Below, one piece after another: positions 13,302 through 26,238 of a DNA stretch of 64,000 nt; the first letter of the stretch is position 1; every line of letters begins with the position of its first letter. The stretch covers positions 1 through 64,000 of the forward strand of contig JAUCBJ010008381.1 in the NCBI GenBank assembly GCA_032718475.1. Direction: 5' to 3'. The notes under the pieces were generated by a model. That model searched no databases and was not told where the DNA came from. It saw only the letters and a program-made list of their open reading frames with translations. The stretch comes from Nemertoderma westbladi. Taxonomy: Eukaryota; Animalia; Xenacoelomorpha. Both the position numbers and the translations under genes were made by a program.

Positions 13302-13612
13302 TGTGAGTGGATTCAATTCCGCTCACTATCCCCATAAAGTTGGCAAGTGGCGCCTTTTTCAGCAATATTGGGGATACGAGATTAATGACACCTAATCTCG
13401 TATCACCCCCAATAATGGGACTACTCATAGCCCCAAAGAGCAACACAAAGAGAGGTTAGAGGTCAAACATTCCCGAGAGGGAAAGTAACAGCAGTGGGGG
13501 GGGGGGGGGAAGCACTCCCACAGAGGTGGGAGCCGAGAATTCGGTTATTATCCAATCAGGGACAGGGAAGAGAGCATCCGCTAGGTACCAAGGCCACAGT
13601 AGTGTAGGGATA
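13302..13612 (+). repeat. Partial LTR-like sequence starting TG
   Basis: Starts TGTGAGTGGATTCAATTCCGCTCAC; diverged reverse-complement homolog at ~16060-16363. Confidence 0.6.
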
Positions 13613-13649
13613 ACAATATATATTATCAGCATACCTTTTTACCGGTCAG

Positions 13650-15020
13650 TTATCCCAGTCATTAGAGCAGTTAGGTGACAGTTTCGTACCGGAGAAGTCG
13701 ATCGATCAGTAACCACGCTGATGCTGGTCGACAGTGGAGCAGCCTTCACATTGGTCGAGAATTGGGTGGCCGAAGAGATAGGATTGAGGACGAGGCCAAG
13801 TAGAATGGCAGTAACAACCATCTCCAGCAAAGATGAGGTCCTGGAGATGAGGACCGGATGGTGCGGGATAGCAGCGATAGCACCGGGATGCGATTATGGG
13901 GCGACGATCGACCCCATCCAGGTGATAGAATCGATAAATATCAACGCCAGGCGACCAACCAACATCGAAGTCGAACAATATAGATTCCTGGACAGTATCG
14001 ACTTCTCAATCCCAGAGGTGGACGTTAGGAAGGTATCCATTATAGTAGGAATGGACTGCCCGACGGCCCACGAGAGAATGCAGACGGTCTTCGGCGAAGA
14101 CAGACAGCGCGACCCGGTGGCGATTTTAACACCATTCGGGTGGATGCTAAGCGGCCCAATCAGAACCAAGATTCCGTTTAGGATGTCGGAGACATCAGCT
14201 CAGGAGACTACTCAGACAGGACTTTGAGGGATTGAAAGAGACCGGGGTCGGAACCTCGGTAGAAGATAAACAGGCAATACTAAGTGTGAAGGAGTCGATG
14301 AGATGTGAGGAGGGACGGTACACCATAGACATGGTGTGGAAACAGCCGAAGCTACCGTTGCCTGACAACAAGAGGATGGTACTCACGAGGCTTCGCAAAC
14401 TGAAGCAAACGCTGAAACGGAGCCCCAAAAAGGATGAGTACATCCATAAGATGATAAGGAAGTACGTTGAGAAAGGATGGGCCGTGGAGTTGCCGGTCGA
14501 CGAACCGAACACGGACAGGGCCTACTACCTGCCACTTCATGTGGCTCTAGATCCAAAGAAAGGTAAATTGCGGATGGTAGTTGATGCATCAGCTAAAACC
14601 AACGGCATGTGCCTAAATGACTATCTGCTGGAGGGCCCCAATATCTTTAACTCGGGAATCGAGGTCCTACTGAGATTTAGAAATGGGAGACACGCCTTCA
14701 CCTGCGACATTGAAGGCATGTTCAACCAAGTCCGTGTGACGGAGGAGGATAGTGACAGCCAGTGCTTCCTATGGTACAACGGCAACGAGGAACCGTCGAC
14801 AATACCGATGTACAAGATGGTGGTGCAGAATATGGGGGCCAAGTCGTCCTCATTTACGATGACTGTGGCTGTAAGGGATACAGTAGAGGGGAAAGAGGGG
14901 AAGTATAGCGCCAAAGACGTCGATATGATTCGACGCGGCTTCTATGTGGACGACGGAATGGAATCTGGAAATATGGTTAAAGAACTACTGGATACAGGGC
15001 GCGAGGTTCGCGACATCCTA
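13650..15020 (+). mobile_element. BEL/Pao protease plus RT fragment (frameshifted), opposite strand to 11370-13301
   Basis: LVDSGA protease motif, IIVGMD, TPFGWML, YYLPLH, KLRMVVDAS, LNDYLLEGP, DIEGMFNQV, FYVDD. Confidence 0.92.
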
Positions 15021-15127
15021 TATAGCAATCAATAATTTCTTTACACAATTTAACTCGCCAGTAACTATCAGGTGGAGAAGGCACATATCATAAATTAGAA
15101 AGGTCACCTACTGATATTTTACGTAGA

Positions 15128-15848
15128 TCATTTTATACCACACTCATTCCCTATGTTACGCAAGTTCGCACCACTTCTACATCTACAATCATAAAATACT
15201 AAATTTGCCAGAAATCTTATACACAATTTATCAGAAGTCAAAACACTAGTTGCAAATTTAACTAAACGTTTACTGAGCATAACCTTAGGGTGGGGAAAAT
15301 TAACAATATCTTCTACTATGAACCTATGGCTGTTATACAGCAGATGATAAATGTAGCGCACATTCGTATTCCAAGCTGTGTATATTCTACGGCATTCATC
15401 AGAAGCCAAATCCCAAACTGGGCTTCCATAAAAACTTGTCGCATAAATACGTTGAATGTTAGACAAGCACTGCGGGTGAGCGAATGAAAATTCCTGCCTT
15501 AAATTTGCCAATTTTCCTATAAATGCACCTCTCTTACGCTGTATATCTATATTGACACTACACGTAAAATTAAGCAGAATTCCTAAATGTAGCCCTTTCT
15601 CAACCCATGGTAGTGTAACGTTATTTACTGAAATATTCACACTAGGCGGCTTCCATGTGTTCTGGAACGGGATACATTTAGTTTTACTTTTTTTCGGATC
15701 AATATCAGTACTAATCTGTAATTTATACTCTTTACAAAAATCTTTGCAAATATTAATCATGTATTGTAGGCCAATTACGGATGGGCACAATAGAAACATA
15801 TCGTCCGCAAAGGACGGACAACCATAAAACTGAGCACCAATATAACAA
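15128..15848 (-). mobile_element. Non-LTR retrotransposon RT C-terminal fragment (RTEX-like)
   Basis: CYIGAQFYGCPSFADDMFLLCPSVIGLQYMINIC...KSKTKCI...HLGILL...SFYGSPVWDL; cut off at the LTR-like segment at 15849. Confidence 0.8.
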
Positions 15849-16363
15849 TGTTGATATAAACGATAATATTGTTAACTAAACATAATAGCACAGTTGTTCA
15901 AGATGAGATAACGAATAATATGATATAAGTGAGATAATGAGGTAACTGAATAGGATACCGGTAACGGTGGTGACGGCGGTGACGGTACAAGAATGGTCCC
16001 CACTGTGAGACTGAGATAACTGAAAGGGGCACAAACATTAACCGGTAATATATATTCACCTCTACTCTACTTGTGGCCTTGCTACTTAGCGGATGCATTT
16101 CCCTGGCTCTGATTGGCCAATAACCTAATTCTCGGCTCCCACCTCTGTGGGAGTGTTTCCCCACCCCCCTGCTGCTGTCACTTTCCCTCTTCAAGAGGTT
16201 TGACCTATAACTTCTTTTGTGTGGCTCTTTGGGGCCGTGTGTTGTCCCCGTTATTGGGGGTGATACGAGGTTGATTGTGATCAACCTCGTACTCCCCAAT
16301 ATTGCTTAAAACGCCACTTCCCAACTTTATGGGGGTTGGTGAGCGGAATTGAATCCGCTCACA
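15849..16363 (-). repeat. Solo-LTR-like element (TG...CA, ~515 bp), no TSD found
   Basis: TG/CA ends, CCAAT and TATA-like motifs, homologous to 13302-13612; it truncates the neighbouring LINE. Confidence 0.5.
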
Positions 16364-19286
16364 GATACTGGGTTTTGTTATACGTCATTTTTATATGTAT
16401 TTTGTATTTTCTATATAACACAAGACTTTGGACAACACATGATTGATGTTTCCATCAATGAATTTCCACAAAAACTTGCCAGTACTTAGTTTTAAGCTAT
16501 TGGTTAAACTACCCACGTTGTTAAATATATGAATTTGTTTTCCGGATTTGAGAAATTGTTGATAAAATGGAGCATAAGTCAGGTTTAGGCGCATACACTT
16601 TTTGGAGATACTGGGTTTTGTTATACTTTATTTTTATGTGTATTTTCTATATAACTATAGATGATACTGGGTTTTGAAATATAAAAATGAGCAAAAATGG
16701 TGAGATACACGGTTTTGGCAATTTCAAAAACCTATTTCCCCTTCTTCAAATGCTTAGAAACTTCACAGACAGACGCAGAACAGTTTCCTGATTCGAATGA
16801 TATATTTGCAATGAAAGGACCGATTATCTTTCAGCATTCTAATTTCTGATATTTAGCATACTGCTATTATCAGACGTGTGTTTGCCTGCAATGTTGTGAA
16901 TAATGCCCTGAATTCGAGCCTTTATCCCCACACCCTCCCAAAAATATTTTTCTATAAATCTTAAGGGGGGGGGGGGGGGGGGGGGGGGGGTCAGCCGACA
17001 GACAGACTAGATTCATTTTTTAACCACTTTCCTTTATTTTTGGCTCAATTGAAAGGGTTTCGGCTGTTCTTTAAAAGTTATCGGTTGGAATTCTTTATAT
17101 TTCAGTTTTTAATGCCAATTTTTCAGATTAAAGCCAAAAATTTGTTAACATTTTGCCAAAAATTGTCAGTTATTCTGCCCTCGTGTGTTGAGTTTTCCAC
17201 TCTATGGCATTTTTTTCCTATTATTCTATAGCAAAAACTTCCAACTCGTGTAAAACTCAACCACTCGGACTGAATAGTTGAATTTCGCTAAATTGAATAT
17301 GAGTGAAAAAAGCGGTGTTTTCCGCTTACTTTTTGTTATCGAATAATTGTCCTTATTCGTTGATTAATTTTGTTTTATTTTGATTAATTTTAATTAATTT
17401 TGTTGATGCGTTTTTCCATTGATGCTTAGTTTACCTCACTTATTTTCACCTTCCATTCATTCTCAATGATACCTGTTTGAATTCCTGGAATTTTATAGTT
17501 CCTAACGTATAGTAGTTGTAGCCTTAGAGTATACGGTAGTTTCCTTTCCGAAAATGAGTGGGTGTTTTGTAAAACTGCCTCGGATTTAATGTATGTGATT
17601 CTTAGAAAATACAAGAATATCTGCATCGTATCTGTTTAGGTCAAAAACTCCTTCATAGAACTTTAGTAACTCCACTTAGGTAAGCCATGGTTGTTACTAT
17701 TTCCGATAAGGATGGTGGGTGTTTTATAAAACTGACGTAGTGCATTGCTTCAGTTTCCGTAACAACTACAACAATGACGCCTCTGTCACTCTCAGTGGCT
17801 TTATTATCAAACGACTTGTGAGTTGCGGCATTAGAGACCTATATAAAATAAACAGGTAAAGCAGTAAAAAAAAAACAGGCTTACCATTTGGTTTCATTGT
17901 TCTGTGGTCTGATGTCTGTTTGGGAGAGTGGTAACAGATTTTGGTGCGATTATAGTAGGTCATTATCGGTGCAATAAAGATAGGCTTTGGGTAATCCTTT
18001 GTCCAGCTGATGAGGTGTCGGAAATTACCGCGTACTGGGTCTCAGACACCGAAACGCAACCATATTTTTGATAAAATTTATTATTTTTGCCCTAACTCTA
18101 CCCCATTTACGGCGACAAAATGTCGAATATATTTTCTTATAGAATATAGGCTTAGCTTTTGTGCAGTATACTATCGGTATCATTTAGTGTATGGCGGTTA
18201 GGCTTAGGGTTAGGGTGCGATACTTACCTGTATGTTGAGCAGATTTAATATATTTGTGTTTTTTGTTTATGTTGTTATTTGTTTGTATTGTTTTTGCGGT
18301 TTTTGATGGCCCTAGTGGCTGAGTACTACTTTGGGCGTTAATGTCCTGATTCTATGTATTTTGTTAGTTTGTGGGGTGTAAGACTCGAGGTTTTATCTGA
18401 TTATTTTATATACAATAGCCCCTGTTAGTCAGTATGTCGACCTTTAATTATCATTAAAGACCTACAAACACAAACTGGGAGAGTGCTGCATCATCCATAA
18501 GCGGGTTGTTTTTAGATTTTATATAAATATGATATTCCCAAATCACTAGAACATAGAGTATATGGCGCACTAGTTCGGCAATATCATTTTACTGCCATCC
18601 ACTAATTTTATTTTATCATTATACACCGCCATCGCGGTTGGCATATATATCTTTTTATTTAGTATCCAACATTAAAAATACAAGGATTAATATTTTAACA
18701 TAAACCCACGAGGTAATATTATAATAAGGTAATTTATTAAGCCCTTCATGGTTAAAGTGTGGAGTCACTCCTGGTTTTGCCTCACGTAGCTATTTCGCCT
18801 AGTTTAGGGCACTCAGTGCAAATTAGACAATACTAGCAGAGTAGCTCAGTTGTCACCCCCCTTATTGTGTGAAAGGAGGCCATTTTCCGACATAGTCCAC
18901 TAATTTTACTCCTGCGTTTCCTCGAAGTATCACTAACGTGACGGTATGTCTACTTTCCTTCAGTGAAATACAAAAATAGTTATGTTTACTTTTCTTCACT
19001 GAAATAGTGAGTAAAAAGCAATACTATATTTCTCTGCTTTTACAAACTTAAGTGAAAGATATTTTTATTTTTTTTATTTTTAGTAAATATTTGAAGCATT
19101 ATTTAAGGATATTGTTAAACGCCAGTTCCTGTACCTCAGCACACTGGTATTGCACTTTATGCAAACTGTGCGGCCATGGTATACGAACCAGTACTTCGTA
19201 CTACCTCGTCGAGACAGGGGGGGAAACTCGACGCAAAACCCGCCTTCGCGAATTAATATCCCGCCTCAATGTTAAATTCTCATACG

Positions 19287-19594
19287 TGAGTGTTTAAAGT
19301 TCATCTATCCCATCATAGTAGACATGTACCGAACAACAAGAGTCCCACAAGAAATGAAAACAAATAAGTTGGTGCCAGTTCCCAAGAAGGGCAACCTAAC
19401 ACTCTATGGTTCTTTTCGGGGAATCTTATTGATCTCGATTGCTGCAAAGCTATACAATAGGATTCTATTAAATCGCATCAGGGATCCCATTGAGAGACTG
19501 CTCCGTGGAAATCAGAATGGGTTCCGTAAAGGTCGTGGGACCATGGAGCCCATTTTGGCACTTAGAAGGATAATTGAAGAGCTTATCAAAAAAG
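19287..19594 (+). mobile_element. RTE LINE RT fragment (paralog of 4007-4388)
   Basis: ORF 19324-19674 matches the RTE ORF at 42874-45075. Confidence 0.9.
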
Positions 19595-22500
19595 TTGTTG
19601 ACTTCTCAAAATGTTCCAGAATATGGTTCCACATTTTGTGTCTTCTCTCTATATACTACAACTACACTATATAGCCCAGAAGGTGACACAGATTCATATA
19701 TTGCTCTATTGTTTTATATTGGTAGCCCTCCGCCTCCAGGGTGACTGACAATGTATTCAGCATGCCGCATACATAGTAATCCTCCCTCGACTGGGTGTTT
19801 TGCATCCTAGATACATGGGGGAAGACTAGGAATGGTGCTAATTATATTAATTTATTTAATAATCATATCGTTTGTCTTTTTATTTTTAGAATTTTCAACA
19901 TCGTGATTGGCTCAAGTTTTACCTGCTGCTTTACAGCTGTTAGCTATTAACTCATTTTGCTCCAATAATTAATTTATTTCGTTTTATTTTTAGCCCCTTG
20001 GATAATAATACAAAGCCAATCAACAACGTAACCCAAGGAAACGGTAACTAAGCAACAACGTAATCACACGGATTCCGTAACTAAGACATGCCGTACTCGG
20101 CAAGATGACGTTATGGCAAGGAGAGTCGTTGGTGCGAATGAATATTAAATCGAAGAAGAAATAACTTAGCGATATTAGTGCGTGTAGAACCCCTGCCAGA
20201 CACAATAGTCCCACTGAGGACTTTAAGTCCACTCAGGTTAAAATAGTTAGTTATTTTTTTGGCATTTTACAAGGTGTTCTAGAACTGAAAAGCCATGTAG
20301 CCGTGTGGGACTGGCAGTCCCGTACGCGGTTTCATGGCCTTTTAGTTCTAGAACGCCTTGTCCTTTGGTTATTTTATTTTAGTAACCACAGAAACTAGCT
20401 ACCAATGGAACCCATCATTATAACTTTAAACTCATTCCCCATTGTGCTGTTACAATAAGCCCCACTATTTGTTGGTTAATTCTCCTGTATATATAATATA
20501 ATTACCATGGCAACAAGGTTGCATTGTCCACGTCAATATGAATTGTTACTCGTTTTTTCTACTTTTTTTTTATTGTCCGGGCGCTCCAAGGCTCATTTTA
20601 TTATCCGCAATTTTAAAGCGCTAAATATTTATTGGGGCATAAACATATTACTTTTTACTAACGTTGGTTTCATGTGTGAAAACATTTTGTATATTCGCTG
20701 TAAATGTTTTCCATTGCATATTAAATGGTTTTATAAATTTAATTAATTTTACACTGAAAAAAAACGATTTGTTGGTTTTTTTAATAAAACCAAGAGTTTC
20801 TTTTATTAAACCTGGGATTTAAATCATGAACCAATGGTTTTAAATTATCCAATTTTATAACTTAAAAAAAGACAAAAAAAGTTTAAAAAACTAATTAATT
20901 CTTATAATCGTTCTGTTATATAAAACCTCAGATTAAATTAGATAAAATTTAATTAATTTTAAATGTTGGAATTCTGCGCAATGAGAAAACCATTAGTTGA
21001 AAAGTTAACATTTTTTTACATTGAGCAGAGCACAACCATAAATCCCATTAATTTTACTTATATCGATAAATATATTTGTTAATGGCCCCTAACAATAATC
21101 CAGTGTCTCGATCCGTATATAACATCGATGTGCCTTTGTCTTGCATCATTAGTTTTTCGAAAATGTGGTAGTTGGATCAGAAAGTTTCGAGTTCGAATCC
21201 CACTCGAGGTATTTATACCGTCACGTTAAACTAACAGTTGATAAAGTAAAACGAGTGGTTTGTGCTAAAACGAAAATGACTTGTGGTTTGAACATTTTTT
21301 GTCTTAAAAAAAACTGTTGGTATACTTGGTGCATTTCTAACTCTTAGGTTACTTTCGAAACCAAATTTGATTTTCGTAAATAACCAAGAGTTATAAATTC
21401 ACAAAAAAAAAGAATCTTAAATGGTTTTTTCGGAAAGAACCAACGTACGTTTTTTTTTCAGAGTTAATTGTAGGATATTAAAGTGAAACGTGGTTTGGGT
21501 CACCTAGATATTTCTAAAAAATACAGGTTTATTTACGACAATAAAGTTCCAATAATATGGTCTAATGATTTTGTGGTAAATGATTTTTTAAAGTGTGTCA
21601 GTATGGCTGTCTCAGGCTCACCTAATTTACTAATTACTATATGGAATCTAACATACCCTAGTAATTAACTCCCCTGGCTGTTGGCCCTTCTATTTGCTTA
21701 TTTAATTGGCTTATTGATCTGAAAACAAAAGCAGTATTTTTTCTAAAATCCAAATATCTTTTTAAGATTTTTATTTTTAACCATTCTTTAAAAAGGAATT
21801 TATAGTCTAAGGCCTCATGTGATTGTAGTTGTTATAATCCATTTTCTAACGACTAAAAATGTTATACATTTAATAGTTATGGTCTTTATTTACCTCACTG
21901 TTAGCATGGTAAATAAAATGCCCTAATAATAGGGAGAAAAAGTTCTACTTTTTTTCCCAACTAATAAATAATTATTATTTTTTGAAGTTTTTTTATACCA
22001 AACAATTTAGTGCTATGCTATTACGGTACCATATAGTAATTGGTAAAGTTGTTTGTAGTTTTGTTATTTTTTTTGTGTTATTGTATATAAAGTCTTTCAA
22101 TGATCTTTCTCTTGTTTAGAGCTCGTGTACACATAATATTACGTATCTGCTTTATTAATAAATATAATTTGTAGAAATCACTGATTACAAACAATATTTT
22201 AATATTATCTGTAATGTTTGTTTGAAACCGTTTGACAGTTTGAAACGTGTTAACATGGGTTCTTCTGGGGACTTACGGAAAGGTATGAAAAAAAAATAAT
22301 TATGTAAAAAACAGAGCAGAGAGAATCTATGTATCGAGTGAGCGCAGCGAGGGTGGTTTACGTAAATAAAGAAAGTCATTTAATGCTGAATAGTCTTTTT
22401 GAAAGTATATATAAAGTGTATGACGGTTTAGTTCAGATGGTTCAACAACGGCAGACCTGTAATCTATTGGCTTTAGGTTCGACCCCCGCCATGGCCTCAC

Positions 22501-23755
22501 TCAGCCTTTCATATAGCCTTTCAGCTTAGGTAGCTACCTATACCTAAGGTAGCTACCATTTTCTTCATCTTGTTCCGGTGTCTCATCACCAAGATCAAGC
22601 CAGTGCTGTATGTTTATAGTTTCAATAGCTTGCTCCAAAATATCATGGTCACGTTGATCAGGAAAATAGCTTTCAAACAGTAGCCGATTATAGTTTGTCA
22701 TTGTATTTGTATCACTTATAGCAGATGACCAATGACCTATACCTTAGGTAGCTACCTATATCTTAGTAGCTATCGAAAGATGAGCCTTTGGGTCACCTCC
22801 GTCTGTTTGCTTTGCTTGTGGAGCTAGCCACGAAGTAAGGTGAGCCGCAGCGTAGGGGTACCATTAATGAACCGTTGGTTCTGTTGTTCTGTCGCTCCCA
22901 ATATTTAGACGTTCGATCATTTCTCGATGTAATGTAACCATAATTGGTACACAAATAGTCTGTCAAAAATTTAAAAATTTCACAAGCCTCCAAGAAGCGA
23001 AGCTAAGTTAATTAATTAGTTAATTATTAAATAATTTTGTGCTTAAAAATTATAACACTGTAATCCACATATCCCATTGCATTATAGTTTTTTAAACATG
23101 CTGGTTGCAAAAAATGTGGTATTGAAAAATAAAAATGGAAAATGACGGAGGAGTAGTCTTTTCAGTGAAATTTTTAAAATCTGACGCAGGCCGCTAGGGG
23201 GCGCAAAAGGTTTTTTTTTTATTTTTTATGTACTTTTGATGATTCTCTTTTCGATGGTATATCGTTTTCTATGCATTTTTCAACCACATTGAAGACGCAT
23301 TTAGGCCTACAAAATAAAAAAAACCGTAAGGGGGGCTGGCATTGAAGATGCGGAGAATCTCGCGAAAGTCATGAGGGATATGGAGTTGTGGCGGTGCAAC
23401 TTTGTTGATAAGCCGTTGATAAGCTCTGTATTGGGCTTGTCAATTGTGGATTTCATAGTGGTGGCAAAATACTTTTGTTAAGCCGATAGCATATCAATGT
23501 TCAGTTTCAATGCAGCAGGCCGAATTTAGTAGTAGTGCCTTTGGGTTGGGATGCAGATTAAAATGGCAGGAACACTTTAAATTTTGATTCAAATATGACT
23601 TAATAAATATCATTTTTACTAAAAATTACACCGAGGCTTTACTACACAGTTACGCTAGACACAAAACCCAATGATGCACTTTATTATAAATTTATTTCCA
23701 TCACCTAATAACTCCAAGTAGTACTCATGCGAACATAGTTTATTGGAAAGTTTAT

Positions 23756-24447
23756 TTAGTTACAAAGATCTTCATTGCAGAAACGGAGGCTGCAGTTGTC
23801 TTTGCAGGTCGATTCAGCATATCTGCATTGGTTTTCACAAACATGACGATTTACATATGCCATCAAGGACAAACGATCATCTGTTATTTCAATTTCGTCC
23901 ATAAGTTCCCTTGTTACGCAAACAGGAGTTCTCGTGATCCATCCTACGGTTGTTGTCTGAATGAAATAAGAATATTTGTTACATTACCGTTAGTGTAGCT
24001 ATATAATAATAATAATTGTATATTATCTATATTTTTTGACGATAGTCAGCTGATTGGTAGGTTTCGTACAACCCAAGGTCTCAAGAGTCATACCCGGAAA
24101 ATGACAATATAATTTATTAAGTCCTAAAGTGAGACATAGAATCAGGGGTAATCAATTGAAATTCGTCAAACGCGTTTCTACTTGTTAATATTATTAACTG
24201 GGGTGCTTGTGTGTGTGTCGGCTAAATACATTTCTGGTGTTAGCTGAATCGGTGAAACTGGGTGTTGTTTAGAAGTTTGCCAGGCCCGCCATTTATTCTT
24301 TTACAGTACAGACACTGTGTGCTCGCTTACCGCGCAAATTAGGCAATCTTCCATAACATCTAGGCTTTCTTCGCGCGTGTCTAAGTGGTTGCACCTCAAA
24401 CTGTATCCAACTACAACAAATGTTGCAAATACCAACAATTTCAACAT
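23756..24447 (-). CDS. Secreted Ly6/uPAR/three-finger-like protein, copy B; join(24447..24331, 23956..23756), 105 aa
   Basis: Exon 1 protein identical to copy A. Exon 2 reads TTTVGWITRTPVCVTRELMDEIEITDDRLSLMAYVNRHVCENQCRYAESTCKDNCSLRFCNEDLCN*. Splice sites, all 10 Cys and AATAAA are conserved. Confidence 0.85.
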
Positions 24448-26238
24448 TTTCACAGAATTTATTTATTTGTAACCACACAAATTTGAAATCAAAATAATTT
24501 ATTTAAACAAAAGATTGGGGAAGTCGAATATTCAAAATTCTGAAAAAAAATTCGAAATAAAAAAAATTCGAAATTTTGAAATAAACCCTATCTGAATCTT
24601 TCCCACAATTTTGCACAAGAATATTTCATACCCTAGCTAGGCACACTGACAGCAATAAATTGTGTAATATTGCACAATATCGAACACCAGCAGATTGTAT
24701 ACCAAGGGTTCCGATCTTTTATTTCCCTTCAATTTGTTTCACGCTTTATTTCAATGTACCTAATTATATGAAATAAGACAAATTATTATATTATTATTAT
24801 GTACTGTATTTGCAATTTCAGCGAATTATAAATTTTAATATCAAAAACATATAAATATAAATACTTAACACACAAGATAAGCACGCAATAGCAGACAATA
24901 TTAAACAGGATCCAATACATACAAACCAGTCTATTTCTTTATATGTATAGTAATGATTTTTAAAGAATGTTTAGACTTTGCGAGACTTTCCTGTTAACAA
25001 AGTTAAAAGATTTCCTCAGAAATAAGCAGACTAGTGTGAGTGGGTATAGTTAACCGTATCTACTGTATATATATTATAAACTGTACAGGCCAAAATACTA
25101 CAGTAAGACACGTGGAGTGTGTTGGACAGACCAACTGTACACTATGTAGGGTAGGTAGGTAGATACTCTACTGTATGTACGAAAGACATTGTCTACAGTA
25201 CAAGTGTGTTGAACGAACTATAGAACTGAATGTGCAGTATAAACTGTTGGAAACCTTATCGGGTGGCAGGTGTCTGAGTTATTTAATAATCGTAAATTAT
25301 TATCCGAGGCTGCAATCTCGGCGCAATTCTATGTTGCAACAAACTTATATAGAGTAACGAGTGCTTATCGATATATTGGTACTGTATATACAGTACACGT
25401 TCGTGGGGCCATCGAGCAGGACGAGGCTTAGTTATCAGATACAGATTAAAATTGAGCGACTGTATCAAAAATTAGGTTTTGAGAAATTTACCCACACCAC
25501 CAACCAATCAAAGAAAGGGGGACAGTACGTGTTCACCCCTTTTAATCTGCACCCCCCCCCCCCCCCCCCCACCCTTCCCTCCCACCAGTACTTTATAACT
25601 ACGCAGTAGGCAGTACTCGTCTTCATTATTATAAACGTCGTTGTGCTCGTTCTGTTTTGTATTTAAACATATTTCCTAAACGCAAACTGACGGACGATCT
25701 TTATAACTACCGATGCCTTTAATAGGCGAAGCCAGGTATGGTTAATAGGAATATAGTCTACACAGTACTCGTCTTCATTATATGCCTCGTTGCGCTCGTC
25801 GGTCGTCCTGTTTTGCATTAAAATATTTTTCCTAAACCAAGACTGATGACCTTTATACAGTTATAAATATGCAAAGTTTCGAAACTGTGCGAGTAACTGC
25901 TGATACATCTATGTGGAGAAGTGTGATACAACGCCAACGCATCGTATGCCGATGTAGTAATGGGTATTGAAATAATATTAAATCAATGTACACTCTTAAA
26001 GCTGCAGCGAAAAAATGTAGATAATTTCCTAGGTTACATATAAAATAATAATATTATTTTTAAGAACATTAATTTTACTACTTTGCAAAAATTCAATTAA
26101 AAAATAACCAGACAAATATTGCGGAATATACTATTTCAGATATAAGCCTACAACAGTCATTATATCTTCTGTCATCTGAGATAGTAAGTAATACAACATT
26201 TATAGTATAGAGTCAATAGGAATTGAAATACAGGCAGT

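Larger units (their letters stand above)
18669..25375 (+). repeat. Segmental duplication, copy B (continuous part)
   Basis: Colinear with 3156-9830 apart from a deletion near 19283 and small insertions near 22540-22785, 24190-24292 and 24825-24980. Confidence 0.95.

Noticed and set aside
16339-16363. GTGAGCGGA-ATTGAA-TCCGCTCACA resembles the lac operator
   Set aside because: It is the terminal hairpin of an LTR-like repeat with a diverged homolog at 13302; no vector sequence is nearby.
17430-18000. Possible Penelope/GIY-YIG remnant on the minus strand
   Set aside because: Only vague similarity across broken frames; no diagnostic motif.
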